A DNA stretch of 63,185 nt, the filler included, from Octopus bimaculoides (taxonomy: Eukaryota): assembly GCF_001194135.2 (NCBI RefSeq). It is 6 parts of 5 records of this genome, joined end to end, with 100 filler letters (N's around TTAATTAATTAA, not from the genome) between each part and the next. Parts side by side here need not be neighbours in the genome. Positions count along the whole stretch, not along the records: positions 1 to 27,950 come from NC_068986.1; 5 more parts are not named here. The stretch is one strand, 5' to 3'. Positions 1 through 12,203 of this stretch are shown one piece after another. Every line of letters begins with the position of its first letter. The first letter of the stretch is position 1. The position numbers and the translations under genes were made by a program. The notes beneath the pieces were generated by a model. It was not told where the DNA came from. It was given only the letters and a program-made list of their open reading frames with translations, and did not search any database.

Positions 1-9
1 TTGTCTTAC

Positions 10-134
10 TTTTTGGTCTCTCGCAGATATAGGCTTGAACTATAGAGCAAGATTTATCATTGAGGCCGTGCCCCCAGATTTCAGCACACCATTCAGCTCC
101 ACCCCAGTTATTGGGTTCATGGTCGTTCCACACT
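10..134 (-). CDS. C-type lectin domain gene, third exon seen (CTLD C-terminal part): (I)VWNDHEPNNWGGAEWCAEIWGHGLNDKSCSIVQAYICERPK
   Basis: Minus strand: ttctatttcAG acceptor (136-135), 125-nt exon (1+41 codons+1), GTaaga donor (9-8). Encodes W-x3-EPN, E-x-C, LND-x-x-C and terminal YIC-E motifs. Entry phase matches the exon at 1291-1430. Confidence 0.95.
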
Positions 135-227
135 CTGAAATAGAACAGAATAAAATTAATTGAAACTGTTTCAGACAGCTAAAAGAAATTAGTACGAATG
201 TGACTATGAAAACTATTGGACTGTAGG

Positions 228-277
<50 letters not shown>

Positions 278-290
278 TGAGTGAGAGAGG

Positions 291-323
<33 letters not shown>

Positions 324-444
324 TGAGTGATAAAATAAAGATAACGAGGAACACAAGATAAAAATTATTAGGTTAAAAGGTAAAAAAACAAATATACTAA
401 TTACTTCAGCATTGCAGACGTATATCGTGTGTGTGTGTGTGTGT

Positions 445-615
445 GATGACCGATGTTAGTTTGTTTACACCAGTGTAACCTAGCGGTTCGGCAAAAGAGA
501 CCAGTAGAATAAATACCAGACTTAAAAAGAAGAATAAATACTGAGGCCAATTTACTCGACTTTCAAGGTGATGCCCCAGTATGGCCGCAATTCAATACCT
601 GCATCAAGTAAAATA
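445..615 (+). mobile_element. SINE family B, 3' part (degenerate)
   Basis: taacctagcggttcggcaaaagagacc...gccccagtatggccgca matches the copies at 40605-40920 and 50406-50773. Confidence 0.7.
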
Positions 616-1290
616 CACTCCCATTCTTTCATTCTATTCTTCTCCATTTACTCCTTGATTGAATTTTTTATTCTGTTCTTTTTCAGTTACTTTGTATTCG
701 CTTTTATTTTTCCTTTTAAGTAACTCCTTTTTCTAATATTTCAGTCTTGTTATAGTTGCTCTACTTTTTGCATTCATATTGTTAATTTTCAATAATTTTC
801 TTTCTTTACTCCTTAATTTCGTTTCAGTTTGTTCATTTACATTTTGATGTATCAATTTTATTGAAGAATATTATTTTGATAATAAATTACTTGGAGTTTC
901 TCGTTCATTTGTGTTCGCTCTAGTGACAGACACACTTATAAGGAGAGACACTTCTTTCTCTACTTCTCTGCTCACACAAAATCAGCTGACCATTTGTGTG
1001 TAGCAGTATTTCCTCACCAAGTTATTTTTCAGCGTCACATGAGCAGTGACACTTGCGCAAAAAGCCTACAATATCAGTGTCATCTTGTGAGAGATATTTG
1101 AGCCATTGTGATGTATATTAGAAAACCCAGTGGGATTGAACCTGAAACCATGCAGTTTCAAAGTGAGCTTCTTAACCACACAGTCATGCATCTGGAAAAG
1201 TTCTTGAACGAAAATAGGGATTAAGTAAAAAAGAGAATAGCTATTTTATCTGTCATATATTGAAGATATTTGTATGAAACATTAACTTAC

Positions 1291-1430
1291 ATTGCTTTTT
1301 CAGCAATAGCAGAACCATCTGTCCATACCCATTTCAGTTCCTTCTTGCGGTCATTTAGACCAAGCCACCACTCACTCGTTCGTAGAGTATCGGTTGACTG
1401 AACTTTGCCAATCTGTGTTAAAATCCAGTT
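1291..1430 (-). CDS. C-type lectin domain gene, middle exon: NWILTQIGKVQSTDTLRTSEWWLGLNDRKKELKWVWTDGSAIAEKA(I)
   Basis: tttttttatttgtAG acceptor (1432-1431), 140-nt exon (46 codons+2), GTaagt donor (1290-1289). Carries the WLGLND (WIGL-type) and W-x-W-x-DGS motifs. Confidence 0.95.
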
Positions 1431-1560
1431 CTACAAATAAAAAAAAGGTTAAAAATAAGTTTAAAAAGGAACAATAAAGGTGATTATACTTTAATTAGAC
1501 GCTTCAGAAAAAAGAAAAACCGTTGGAAAACAGTTTATAGCAGAGACTCCAGCAAATTAA

Positions 1561-1596
1561 GATCTGAAGAAGGAATTCTAATTCCGAAATATCATC
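1561..1596 (+). ncRNA. Minimal hammerhead-ribozyme-like motif (Penelope-type remnant)
   Basis: gat-CTGAAGA-a-GGAAT(tcta)ATTCC-GAAA-ta-tc-atc: intact core, 5-bp stem II, ATAT palindromic stem III, 3-bp stem I. Confidence 0.5.
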
Positions 1597-1857
1597 GGAC
1601 TACAGTTTACCAAGTTACAACAGGTATACAGTCCATTTTTTGTTCTATATTGCATTGTTATACCTTCCTAAACTTTTTATTCTTTACATATAATTGTTTT
1701 GTTATTGTCAACCCTCCACTCAGGTAAAGACAGTCGTTTGGTAAGATCATTAGAGCATCGGGCAAATAACTTGTGATAATTGTTCCGGCTCTTTGCGTTT
1801 AACTTCTTCAGAGGATGACAAAGTACCTGTCAAGTACTAGAATCGATNNNNNNNNNN

Positions 1858-1898
<41 letters not shown>

Positions 1899-1907
1899 TC
1901 TCTCTCC

Positions 1908-1940
<33 letters not shown>

Positions 1941-2199
1941 AGAATCGGTTCCACTTTGATAAATAGGAAGACAAAGATATCTATGGATTTAATTGTGTGT
2001 ATTTCTAAAATAGGATCATTCTTCATGTTTTTGCAACATTTGCGATCTCTCATTCCTGTTTTCTTTTCTCCTATCATGTAATTTTGGTTACTCTGCCTAA
2101 ACCGTAGAGTCTTGATAATTTTTTGTTTACTGGTAGTGTTTCAATCATTAAAGTTTATCTTACTGGCACCGTAAGCATTCCTGCGAAATTGCATAGGTT

Positions 2200-2700
2200 T
2201 CTTGTGTCCAACTTCCTTTCTTTCATAGGAAGAAACTTTTAATCCCTTCCTGCATCACTTATATAAACGTCACCCACTTTTCAGTAGCACTTTTATCTCT
2301 TAAAATCTTATTTTGTCTGTATAAATTCCATGTTTTTTTATTTCCATTTCAATAACCGTAATATTCCACCTTCCAATTTTTTCCTCAAAATTTCAATAAG
2401 AATATCGAATTGAATCGCATTATGATCGGAGCTACAAAGGGAAGATTTACTTTCAAATTTTCTATGATCAAACGTTCTTTACTCAGAAATAAATCAAGTA
2501 TACTTACCCTTTAGTAAGTTCATTTATGTACCATATTGCAAAGCAATCCAATACTACATCTAAAACACTTTTGCGCTATGTTGTTTGAATTGAAAATGTT
2601 CTAGTCGATAGAACTATATTAAAATCATCTCATATATCTGTAAATCTATTACGATCTTCTATAATAATTCCATTTATTCTCTCTTTACTCACTTCACTAG
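2200..2700 (-). pseudogene. CR1/L2-type LINE apurinic endonuclease fragment, degenerate
   Basis: Broken minus-strand reading gives DDFN (GDFN-like), ILDLFLSKE and F(G)SSDHNAIQFDI motifs, with frameshifts and stops. Confidence 0.65.
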
Positions 2701-2934
2701 ATGTAGGTCTGTTATAATACAGTTCAACTGTTAATACTATGTTCCTTTGTCGTGACTTTCACCAAAATTTTTCTATTATTGGTTCACTACAAAGTTAGTT
2801 GAAATAACATTTTCCACTTGTTTGTATGACCTATCATTTCTAAATGTAATATATTTATTTAAGTTAATCTCCCAGCTACTGATTAATCTATGCCCTCGTT
2901 TAAGCTTCTGTTAATATTATAATATCTGGATGGG

Positions 2935-3062
2935 ACAACGAGCTGGCAGAACCCTTACCACGCCGGGCAAAATGCTTTGCGGCATTTCGTCCATCTTATG
3001 TTCTGCGTTCAATTTACTTCCTCCCCCGAAATTGCTGGCCTTGTGCCAAAATTTAACTCTGG
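2935..3062 (+). mobile_element. SINE family A (tRNA-like head), internally deleted copy
   Basis: gagctggcagaa...cacgccgggcaaaatgctt...gcgttcaa...aaattgctggccttgtgccaaaattt; shared with many copies in the window. Confidence 0.8.
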
Positions 3063-3824
3063 AATTATATTTACACTGCTTATCGCATTCAGTAACAAAC
3101 ACTTGAACTTCCTTGATTCAGTACGCTGTTTATAGTTACTTGGCGAACTATATCCATTATATGTTAAATCGTTTTCCATAATATTCTGTAGTAGCTTACT
3201 TGCACCGCTATTATTCTCTAACGTCTCTTTCACGATATATTTGTTTTCAAAAGGAGGCTCCTTCAAAATTCACCAGCTCTTCTTCGTTCGGATTCTTACC
3301 ACATATCTTGTTGTTTTTCTCATTATTTATTTGTCAGGTCATGTGCAAAATAAATTACATTCTTTTTCATTCAATGTGATCCTTTGCTTTGTTGAGGCTC
3401 TTTCCTGCACTCAAAATCTCCTTTTTCTTTCCCCTTCCTCTCCTTAAACCAGACACGGAAGTGATCATGGTATGACCTTTCCCTCTTCTGTATCTCATCT
3501 AATCTAACGCCATGAATTACATAATTTTCTGTAAAACATAAATAACCACTTATTCTTTCATATATTGACAAGACTATGTCTATGTCATACTTTTCTTATC
3601 CTTGTCTTAGGATCCTTCATCCTCAAGTTCCTAAATCATATTATCCTTCTACTTCTCTGTCCCGTTTTTTTTTTCAGTTATGTTCCCTTCTACAATTCTT
3701 CCTATCTTTTCTTCTTTTTTTTTTCAGTTCCTCAAATCTCTCATCAATTTTATCCAATTAACTACTGTCGTCAATTTGTTTTTACCTTAGTTCCTGAGAA
3801 CCAGTTAACTAACTGCTATGCACT

Positions 3825-3864
<40 letters not shown>

Positions 3865-4357
3865 CGCGTGTGTGACTGTAACATACAACTCTATTAGAAT
3901 ATATATTAAAACGGACGTGTTCAAATACATTTATTGTGCTATCAATTACTACAAACATGGCAACTCAAATCTTCTATCGTTAACTTATTTTTCACTACAT
4001 GTGCTACAATTACAGTTGTTAGTTATCTTTCGTAATTTCTGAAGCAGATACATGATATAGGGTGATATTTCCTCTTATTTATGCCTTTTTTCTACCTCTA
4101 ATTACCAATTTCTGCGAACTCGTACTTCCAGTAGTTTTTAAAACCATTTTTTATTTCTCTTCTCGTTTTCTTTCTTCTTTTTTTCTCTCTCTTCTTGAAT
4201 ATTCTAATAATTGTAACGGTACAAGAAAGTAGTTTCACCCCAAACGCAAAAAAAGAAACTTCGAATATCAAAGAATAAGATCCTTCATCTTTATTTTATT
4301 TATTTATTTATTTATTTATTTATTTGCGTTTGATGGCAATGAAGCGATCATTGTATT

Positions 4358-4702
4358 ATGTATGTATGTATGTATGTATGTATGTACATACGTATGTATG
4401 TATGTATGTCACTATTCAGTTTTAGTTCAAGTTTTCTTGCCAATAGAGAAAGAGCCGGTTTCAACAACATCAACTGGCCATGCTTGTTTGTACGTACGTA
4501 CGTACGTATGTATGTATGTATGTATGTATGTATGTATGTATGTATGTATGCATGTATGTATGTATGCATGTATGTATATGTGCGGATTTGTATGTATTCT
4601 CATGCATATAGTTGCATGCCTAGACATGCTCATATATACTTAAACGATTAAACTGGAAAGTTTTACAGATTTGTATGTATGTATGTATGTATGTATGTAT
4701 GA
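4358..4702. repeat. Interrupted (TATG)n/(TACG)n microsatellite
   Basis: Directly visible tetranucleotide runs with an ~80-bp non-repetitive insert at ~4410-4490. Confidence 0.9.
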
Positions 4703-6017
4703 GTGAATGTATGCATGTGTTTGTGTGTTCTAAAAAAAAGCTTGAAATAACAGTCAAATCTCCCTCAAATTACAACACACCGTTTTGAAAGTAAGAAAAA
4801 TGTGATGGTCTCGACTACATTGCCTTTCATTATAGGTCTGTTCGATGAGAAATGATCTGGGAACACAAAACAATTAAACATACAATTATGTACAAACTCT
4901 GTTGGATTTTATAATTGACTCATTTGAGCCCAGCATTTGCTAGGTATTGTACTCTGTCTATCCTTCACAATATACCATGAAAGATTTTATCCTCTGTTCT
5001 AATCACTTCTCACAATCATAATTACAGAAACATTATATTATAGGTAAAACATCAAATTGGAAGAATTTCAATTTTTTAGTGCTGTTTTTGTTTAGCTCCA
5101 GGTCAAACCTGATCAAGCAGACTAATGATCATAGGCATTCTAGCCGTAGCAATCCAATTCCACTCCACTGTTGAGGATCACGCTATTGAATGCATATTTT
5201 TCTAAGAGAGTACGGTGTGATTCGAGGGAGATATGATTGTTATTTCTATCTAGATAAATGTGAATATACAGTTTTATTCGATTGCTTGCTCAAGTAATAA
5301 TATTAGTAAACGTGCTAACGAGGAAGCCTCTAAGCGGTCGCTCAGCTTGCTTGAAATAGCTACCACTGTCCTAAAAATGGAAGAGCACATCATAAAAGAT
5401 AATTATAGATATGCTTTAAATTACGGTGTGTTCATGACTGGAATGTTTTTGATCATACGTTCTATTGTTTAGGCTTTACCTGGTACTAAACAATAACAAC
5501 AATGAAAACAACAACAATGGAGTTTTCAGGAAGTAAAAAACAAAATACTCAAGATGTGACGTCACGTCTTTTCTAAAAGGTTGTTATGAAGTGAAGTTAA
5601 TTGGCTTCACCTAGAAATAGCAGCTATATCTCCCCTCAAACCAAGCCCTAGATGTCAGAAATAAAAAAAAAAAAGATATTTGAGGTTGGCATGTCATTCA
5701 TCGCATGTCTGTTCCATGAAAGCTATTCGAACAAGATTCACAAAAGGCTAGACAACAAATCAAATGCCATTTGAAACCGCGTTGTTAATTTAATTTGTTC
5801 TTTAAGGGTTTTCATTTACTCATATCAACCCCAATACTTCGCCTGGTATTTATTTTATCAACAAGAGGAAAAGTTGATCTAGATATAATGGGATCAATAA
5901 GTGACAACGGACACCAAAAAGGATGTTAGCTCAACAAACCGATTTTTGTCCTACACCGATATAAATCCATCCATCCATACATATATATACGTAAATATAT
6001 CACTATGTGTTAGTATG

Positions 6018-6071
<54 letters not shown>

Positions 6072-6974
6072 NNNNNNNNNNNNNNNNNNNNNNNNNNNNN
6101 NNNNNNNNNNNNNNNNNNNNNNNNNNNNNNNNNNNNNNNNNNNNNNNNNNNNNNNNNNNNNNNNNNNNNNNNNNNNNNNNNNNNNNNNNNNNNNNNNNNN
6201 NNNNNNNNNNNNNNNNNNNNNNNNNNNNNNNNNNNNNNNNNNNNNNNNNNNNNNNNNNNNNNNNNNNNNNNNNNNNNNNNNNNNNNNNNNNNNNNNNNNN
6301 NNNNNNNNNNNNNNNNNNNNNNNNNNNNNNNNNNNNNNNNNNNNNNNNNNNNNNNNNNNNNNNNNNNNNNNNNNNNNNNNNNNNNNNNNNNNNNNNNNNN
6401 NNNNNNNNNNNNNNNNNNNNNNNNNNNNNNNNNNNNNNNNNNNNNNNNNNNNNNNNNNNNNNNNNNNNNNNNNNNNNNNNNNNNNNNNNNNNNNNNNNNN
6501 NNNNNNNNNNNNNNNNNNNNNNNNNNNNNNNNNNNNNNNNNNNNNNNNNNNNNNNNNNNNNNNNNNNNNNNNNNNNNNNNNNNNNNNNNNNNNNNNNNNN
6601 NNNNNNNNNNNNNNNNNNNNNNNNNNNNNNNNNNNNNNNNNNNNNNNNNNNNNNNNNNNNNNNNNNNNNNNNNNNNNNNNNNNNNNNNNNNNNNNNNNNN
6701 NNNNNNNNNNNNNNNNNNNNNNNNNNNNNNNNNNNNNNNNNNNNNNNNNNNNNNNNNNNNNNNNNNNNNNNNNNNNNNNNNNNNNNNNNNNNNNNNNNNN
6801 NNNNNNNNNNNNNNNNNNNNNNNNNNNNNNNNNNNNNNNNNNNNNNNNNNNNNNNNNNNNNNNNNNNNNNNNNNNNNNNNNNNNNNNNNNNNNNNNNNNN
6901 NNNNNNNNNNNNNNNNNNNNNNNNNNNNNNNNNNNNNNNNNNNNNNNNNNNNNNNNNNNNNNNNNNNNNNNNNN

Positions 6975-7009
<35 letters not shown>

Positions 7010-7011
<2 letters not shown>

Positions 7012-7439
7012 AATCAGACACACGTACACAAAGTGAGTGTTGTTAGTTCGTGGGTCGGCTGCGTTTTAGTCGTTAGAGAATATATCCTCAATGCGCTTAT
7101 TGAAAATACCTGAAAGCAAATCAAAGACAAGCGAGACAATTTACATCAGGTCCCTTTTCGGTGCAACGGACATCGATATTTCGTCATTGTTATGACTTTT
7201 TAATGCCACGTACCGATCAAGCTTGCTGCAAGCTATATCGCCAGCTATGAATATATGCTAAATGGTTTAAAACCATCCCCTGGCATGTCGCAACGTTTCA
7301 CGCCACAGAAAAAAATTCAAATATGAATTAGAAGTAACTCGAAGTATATAAACAAAATCGGACACACATAAGCAAAGTGTGTGTGTTGTTAGTTTGTAGG
7401 TCGGCTGCGTTTTAGGCATAAGAGAATATATTCTCGATG
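7010..7439. repeat. Pair of ~85-bp diverged direct repeats (7010-7093 and 7354-7439)
   Basis: Both read aaaatc(a/g)gacacac...caaagtg...tgttgttagtt(c/t)gt(g/a)ggtcggctgcgttttag...agagaatatat(c/t)ctc(a/g)atg. Confidence 0.85.
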
Positions 7440-8818
7440 ATGGAGGACGCAATGAAACGCGAGCTTGCATGCATATGCAGAAAGGATGTGAGAGTAAGAA
7501 AGAGAAGAAAAAAAAGCATAAGAAGCGAATGAGCCTGAAATGGAGGAAAAATTAAATTGCTGAAATATAAAAATGGGATCACTAAAAAGAGAGGTGGTAA
7601 AGAGTAGGAGAAAAAGACGTTCATTTAAGACTGTCGGTATCATAATTCCGAGTTTGAATATGAAACGTTCCTTTCGTCATTTATTTATCTTTTCATAAAT
7701 AAGGGGATGGAATCAAAACATTTCCCTAATAAGTTTTGGTGGGGAACAAGGTTGGTACTTATCATTGTGAGACCGATTGAGCAAGGGATTATTAAGTGCA
7801 TTTATTCAATTGTATAGACCTCATTATTGATTCTCAGTAGCTCATTATTGATTCTCAGTAGCTTGGGCATATCTATTTGAACAGAAACAGCTAGGTGATC
7901 AAGTGCTTACGAACAGCAGAGCAGCACTCTATTGAGCTAGCTAGTATGACAGGAAGGTGCAGGTGGAATTGCTGGAAGAGTTTGCGTTCGCAGCCAATTT
8001 GCAATAATGAGGCAATGCTCTGACCTTATGGTATGAAACAACTTCATTACTTATAAAACGTATAGTACTAATTGTAGAGAAAATAAAACAAAAAGGAAAA
8101 GGAAATGTGTATTCAATTGGGATTTCCTCTTCTGTCTATTGGTATACCCCTGATGATTTTATGTAGGTACTTATAAATTTATCATAAAAATGAGGTCATA
8201 TTTATTATTACTATCTTTGTGCAAAATACTATATAAAGAGAAAATAAAGAATTAAAATGAAAATGAGGTTTGTTCAATTGGAATTTCTTGTTACGCCTAT
8301 TGATATGTCATTAAAGTTTTTAAGTAGATACCAATGCCTATGACTGCATGAAGAGAAGGCTAATTCTACGAGCTTATTTGATATTTTGTTTTGATATTTC
8401 AAAATCAATAAATTCTCCAGCCATTTAATGATATAGGATAAATTATGTTTCATAAACCATATGTGCATAGATTTGTCTTTTTTGTCTTATTGCTTCTATA
8501 AAACTACTATTTCAATATATTTTTCCATAATTTAAATCAATAGGGCGCGATCTGAGGGAAGTTCGGTTGCTATTTCTCGCTGGGTGAACGAGCCTCCAAA
8601 GGCCCCCATCGCATTTATTGGATTTAAGTTGGTTGCATTTGCTTATTACTAGCTCTGCTCTGATCGAACATACCCATAACGAAAGGTCTTCGATTCATGA
8701 CCATTCGTCTTTTTGTATAGCATTGTCCAACATATTCTTCATCAAAGGCTGTAGTATATGAATTGTGATAGATTTTGTTACTATTTCCAACAGGTCGAGT
8801 GATCATATACATACTTAC

Positions 8819-8821
8819 ATG
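8819..8821 (-). other. Candidate 3-nt microexon (CAT) in the lectin phase-0 intron
   Basis: Minus strand: gattaacactatttccgtcttcAG|CAT|GTAAGTAT. Branch-like ttaac, pyrimidine tract and consensus donor. No transcript evidence. Confidence 0.25.
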
Positions 8822-9246
8822 CTGAAGACGGAAATAGTGTTAATCGGTGATACAACAGGGGAAAAACAATTTTCTTTCTTTCTCTTTCTCTTAGTCTGTC
8901 TGTCTACCTGCTCTTCTCTTTCTCTCTCTCTTTCTTTCTTTCTCTATTTCTTTCTCTCTCTCTCTCTCTTTCTTTCTTTCTCTCTTTCTCTATTTCTTTC
9001 TCTCTCTCTCCCTTTCACATACACACACGCATGCTCAGTCATTTTACTTTGTTCTTCCTGAGAAATTATTAGTGATGTGGTATCATTTAGAAGCTACTCT
9101 ATTTCATTAATTCAGCAAGGTGGTTGGTGTAAGAAGCAGGATGCGTTAGTTTAATTCATTACTTCATAGTGGTTGCTGGTGTAAGAGGTGTTGCAAAGTA
9201 TGCTTTACGGAAAGTATGACTGCAAGCAACACTGCAGTTACACAGT

Positions 9247-9710
9247 AAGGCGGTGAGTTGGCAGGATCTTAAGCACGCCGTGTAAAATGCTTACGATTCT
9301 GCCGTTTGTCTTCACGTTTTGAGCTCAAATTCTGTCACGGTCGACTTTGCCTTTTGTGCTTTCGATGTTGAGAAAATAAATACCTTTTGAGCACTGGATT
9401 CGATGTAATCGGTTTACCCCATCTCCAAAACTTGCTGGTCTGATGACAACATTTGAAACCAATATTTCGGTTACATAGTAAGACGGTAAGCTGACAGAGT
9501 CGTTAGCAAAATGAGCAAAATCCTTAGCGATTTTTCGTTCGTCTTGGACATCAGAATTCAAATGCCGCCGAGGTTGACTTTGCCAATTATTCTTTCGGGG
9601 CCAATAAAATAAGCATCACTTGAGTACTGGGGTCGAGGTAATCGATTTACCCCTCCTCCAAAATTGGTGGTCGTGTGCCAAAATTTGAAACCAATATTTC
9701 GGTTTCATAT
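9247..9710 (+). mobile_element. Head-to-tail tandem pair of SINE family A (~232-bp units)
   Basis: Two successive copies (9247-9478, 9479-9710), both ending atttgaaaccaatatttcggtt(a/t)cata. Confidence 0.85.
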
Positions 9711-9738
9711 ATAGATATATTTATGTGAACTCCATTAT

Positions 9739-9801
<63 letters not shown>

Positions 9802-11459
9802 NNNNNNNNNNNNNNNNNNNNNNNNNNNNNNNNNNNNNNNNNNNNNNNNNNNNNNNNNNNNNNNNNNNNNNNNNNNNNNNNNNNNNNNNNNNNNNNNNNN
9901 NNNNNNNNNNNNNNNNNNNNNNNNNNNNNNNNNNNNNNNNNNNNNNNNNNNNNNNNNNNNNNNNNNNNNNNNNNNNNNNNNNNNNNNNNNNNNNNNNNNN
10001 NNNNNNNNNNNNNNNNNNNNNNNNNNNNNNNNNNNNNNNNNNNNNNNNNNNNNNNNNNNNNNNNNNNNNNNNNNNNNNNNNNNNNNNNNNNNNNNNNNNN
10101 NNNNNNNNNNNNNNNNNNNNNNNNNNNNNNNNNNNNNNNNNNNNNNNNNNNNNNNNNNNNNNNNNNNNNNNNNNNNNNNNNNNNNNNNNNNNNNNNNNNN
10201 NNNNNNNNNNNNNNNNNNNNNNNNNNNNNNNNNNNNNNNNNNNNNNNNNNNNNNNNNNNNNNNNNNNNNNNNNNNNNNNNNNNNNNNNNNNNNNNNNNNN
10301 NNNNNNNNNNNNNNNNNNNNNNNNNNNNNNNNNNNNNNNNNNNNNNNNNNNNNNNNNNNNNNNNNNNNNNNNNNNNNNNNNNNNNNNNNNNNNNNNNNNN
10401 NNNNNNNNNNNNNNNNNNNNNNNNNNNNNNNNNNNNNNNNNNACATATTAGTTATGTGTGTGTGTATGTGTGTCTCTATATGTATAGAGGTATATGTGTA
10501 CATGCACAGGCACACGATTTTAAAACTGACAAAAAGTGTGAAGAGAAAAAAGCAACATTAATAATTATAAACAGAAAAGCAAAGCTTTAATATATTGCGA
10601 CATGTAACTCTAGAATCCTATATTTTTTTCTTTTAAATATCTAAGTGAAATATTCTCCCTGGTTCTTCCTCTCTATTTTTCCTCTTCCTCGTGTCTCCCA
10701 CACTTTCTCCTCTCACTCCCCCTCTCTCTCTCTCCTCTTCCCATCTTTCTCTCTCCTCTTCCCATCTTTCTCTCTCTTCTTCCCCTCTCTCTCTTGGTTT
10801 GTGTTTTGGCTTGAAAATTTGAAATCTAATTCAGTTGTGCTTTTGTTTTGAAAATCAATGTCTGCATGCTGCACACACACGCACACACATGCGCGCGCGC
10901 ATGTACACACATACACATATGTATGTGTGTGAGTGTCTATATATATAATATATATAACAAATATAATACAGATATATATATTATTTACAATATATAAATA
11001 ATATATGATATATATGTAATATACTGTAATGCATATACTATAATATATACATATATCACAAGTGTGTGTGAAAATATGCATGTATTTAGAGAGAAAAAGG
11101 TTCTATAATATGTTGTTTACTAAAATATTCTTTATTTATTTTATTTTTTTAATGTTAAACATTTCATTACGCTTTTCCTGTAGATAAAAAAAAGAAAAAA
11201 AATTCCTTATTTATTGAAGTTTCTATATAAATATATGATCGTATCACCACTAGTAACAACACTAGCATCGTCATTCATTCTATTCAGCACCATCGTTATC
11301 ATAACACTTCTTTCTTCTTTAGGTTTTCGTATTCATAGAACACGAATTGATTTCAGTTTCCAACTGCAACTAACTCACTTCATTTAAAGCCCTTAATATA
11401 CTTTGGAAAACAATACTTCTCTGATATCCCTGTTTTGAGTCAACCTATTGATATATCTG

Positions 11460-11800
11460 TAGGTGTATGAGGCATTTCGTCGCTGCCGGTTTGGCCCTAC
11501 CTATCTGGCGTCGCTGATTGGCCCCCGACTTATTTGATAGCTAATGTAATGTTTATCTCGTTTTGATGTTTCTCTCCCCCTTCTCTCCTTCTTTTTCCTC
11601 CTCTCTCTGTCTCTCAGACTCTGTCCGTATGCGTATATTCCTCCGCTGCGTAGATGTGTGTGTGTGTGAGCGCGTGTGTGTTTGCCTTCAGTGCCAAACA
11701 GTACTGTTACTAAAACAGGCTGAATGTCCAGTCAGCCGTGCCATATCGCCAGCGTCCAAACAACTGCGCTCAGTCGTCTCATCCCGATCTCTAGCGTCCT
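11460..11800 (+). promoter_or_regulatory. CpG-rich promoter- or enhancer-like patch inside the lectin intron
   Basis: Two cgtcgctg...ttggccc motifs (the second with gattgg, a reverse CCAAT box), local CpG enrichment, TCAGTC Inr-like at 11770-11775. Confidence 0.3.
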
Positions 11801-12203
11801 AAGAAGTCACGTATTATTTGTTTCGGAAGATAAAAGCAAAGTTCATCTTCATGATATTTAAACCAGAACGTAGAATAGTCTTTTTTTTTTTAAGTTTGAT
11901 CTTTTTGTCAGAATTTATTGAAAATTTCCTCACAGATTGGAATATTCAATGCCAAATACGAAAATTGTTATAACTTTTTTAGAGAAATTTATAAAAATCT
12001 TACGAACCTTTAAAGAATGATTTATAAAAAAAATTCAACCAATAAGGAGCCATTAATTTTTTTATACGTCGTGGCGATCCACGAATTTTTGTATTTTGTA
12101 TATAACAAAGTATCCTTTTTATTCAGCACACTAACAACTCTGCCACCTCACCGTCGTCATCATGAAACTAGTGTGCATGCAAATATGCATATATGTTACT
12201 TAC

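Noticed and set aside
7820-7861. Exact 21-bp tandem duplication (also 20-bp at 59952-59991)
   Set aside because: Isolated two-copy slippage or repair duplications with no associated structure.
9437-9460. CTGATGA...GAAAC hammerhead-like core (also minus strand at ~36670-36690)
   Set aside because: No stem II pairing; these are mutated SINE and mariner sequences respectively.
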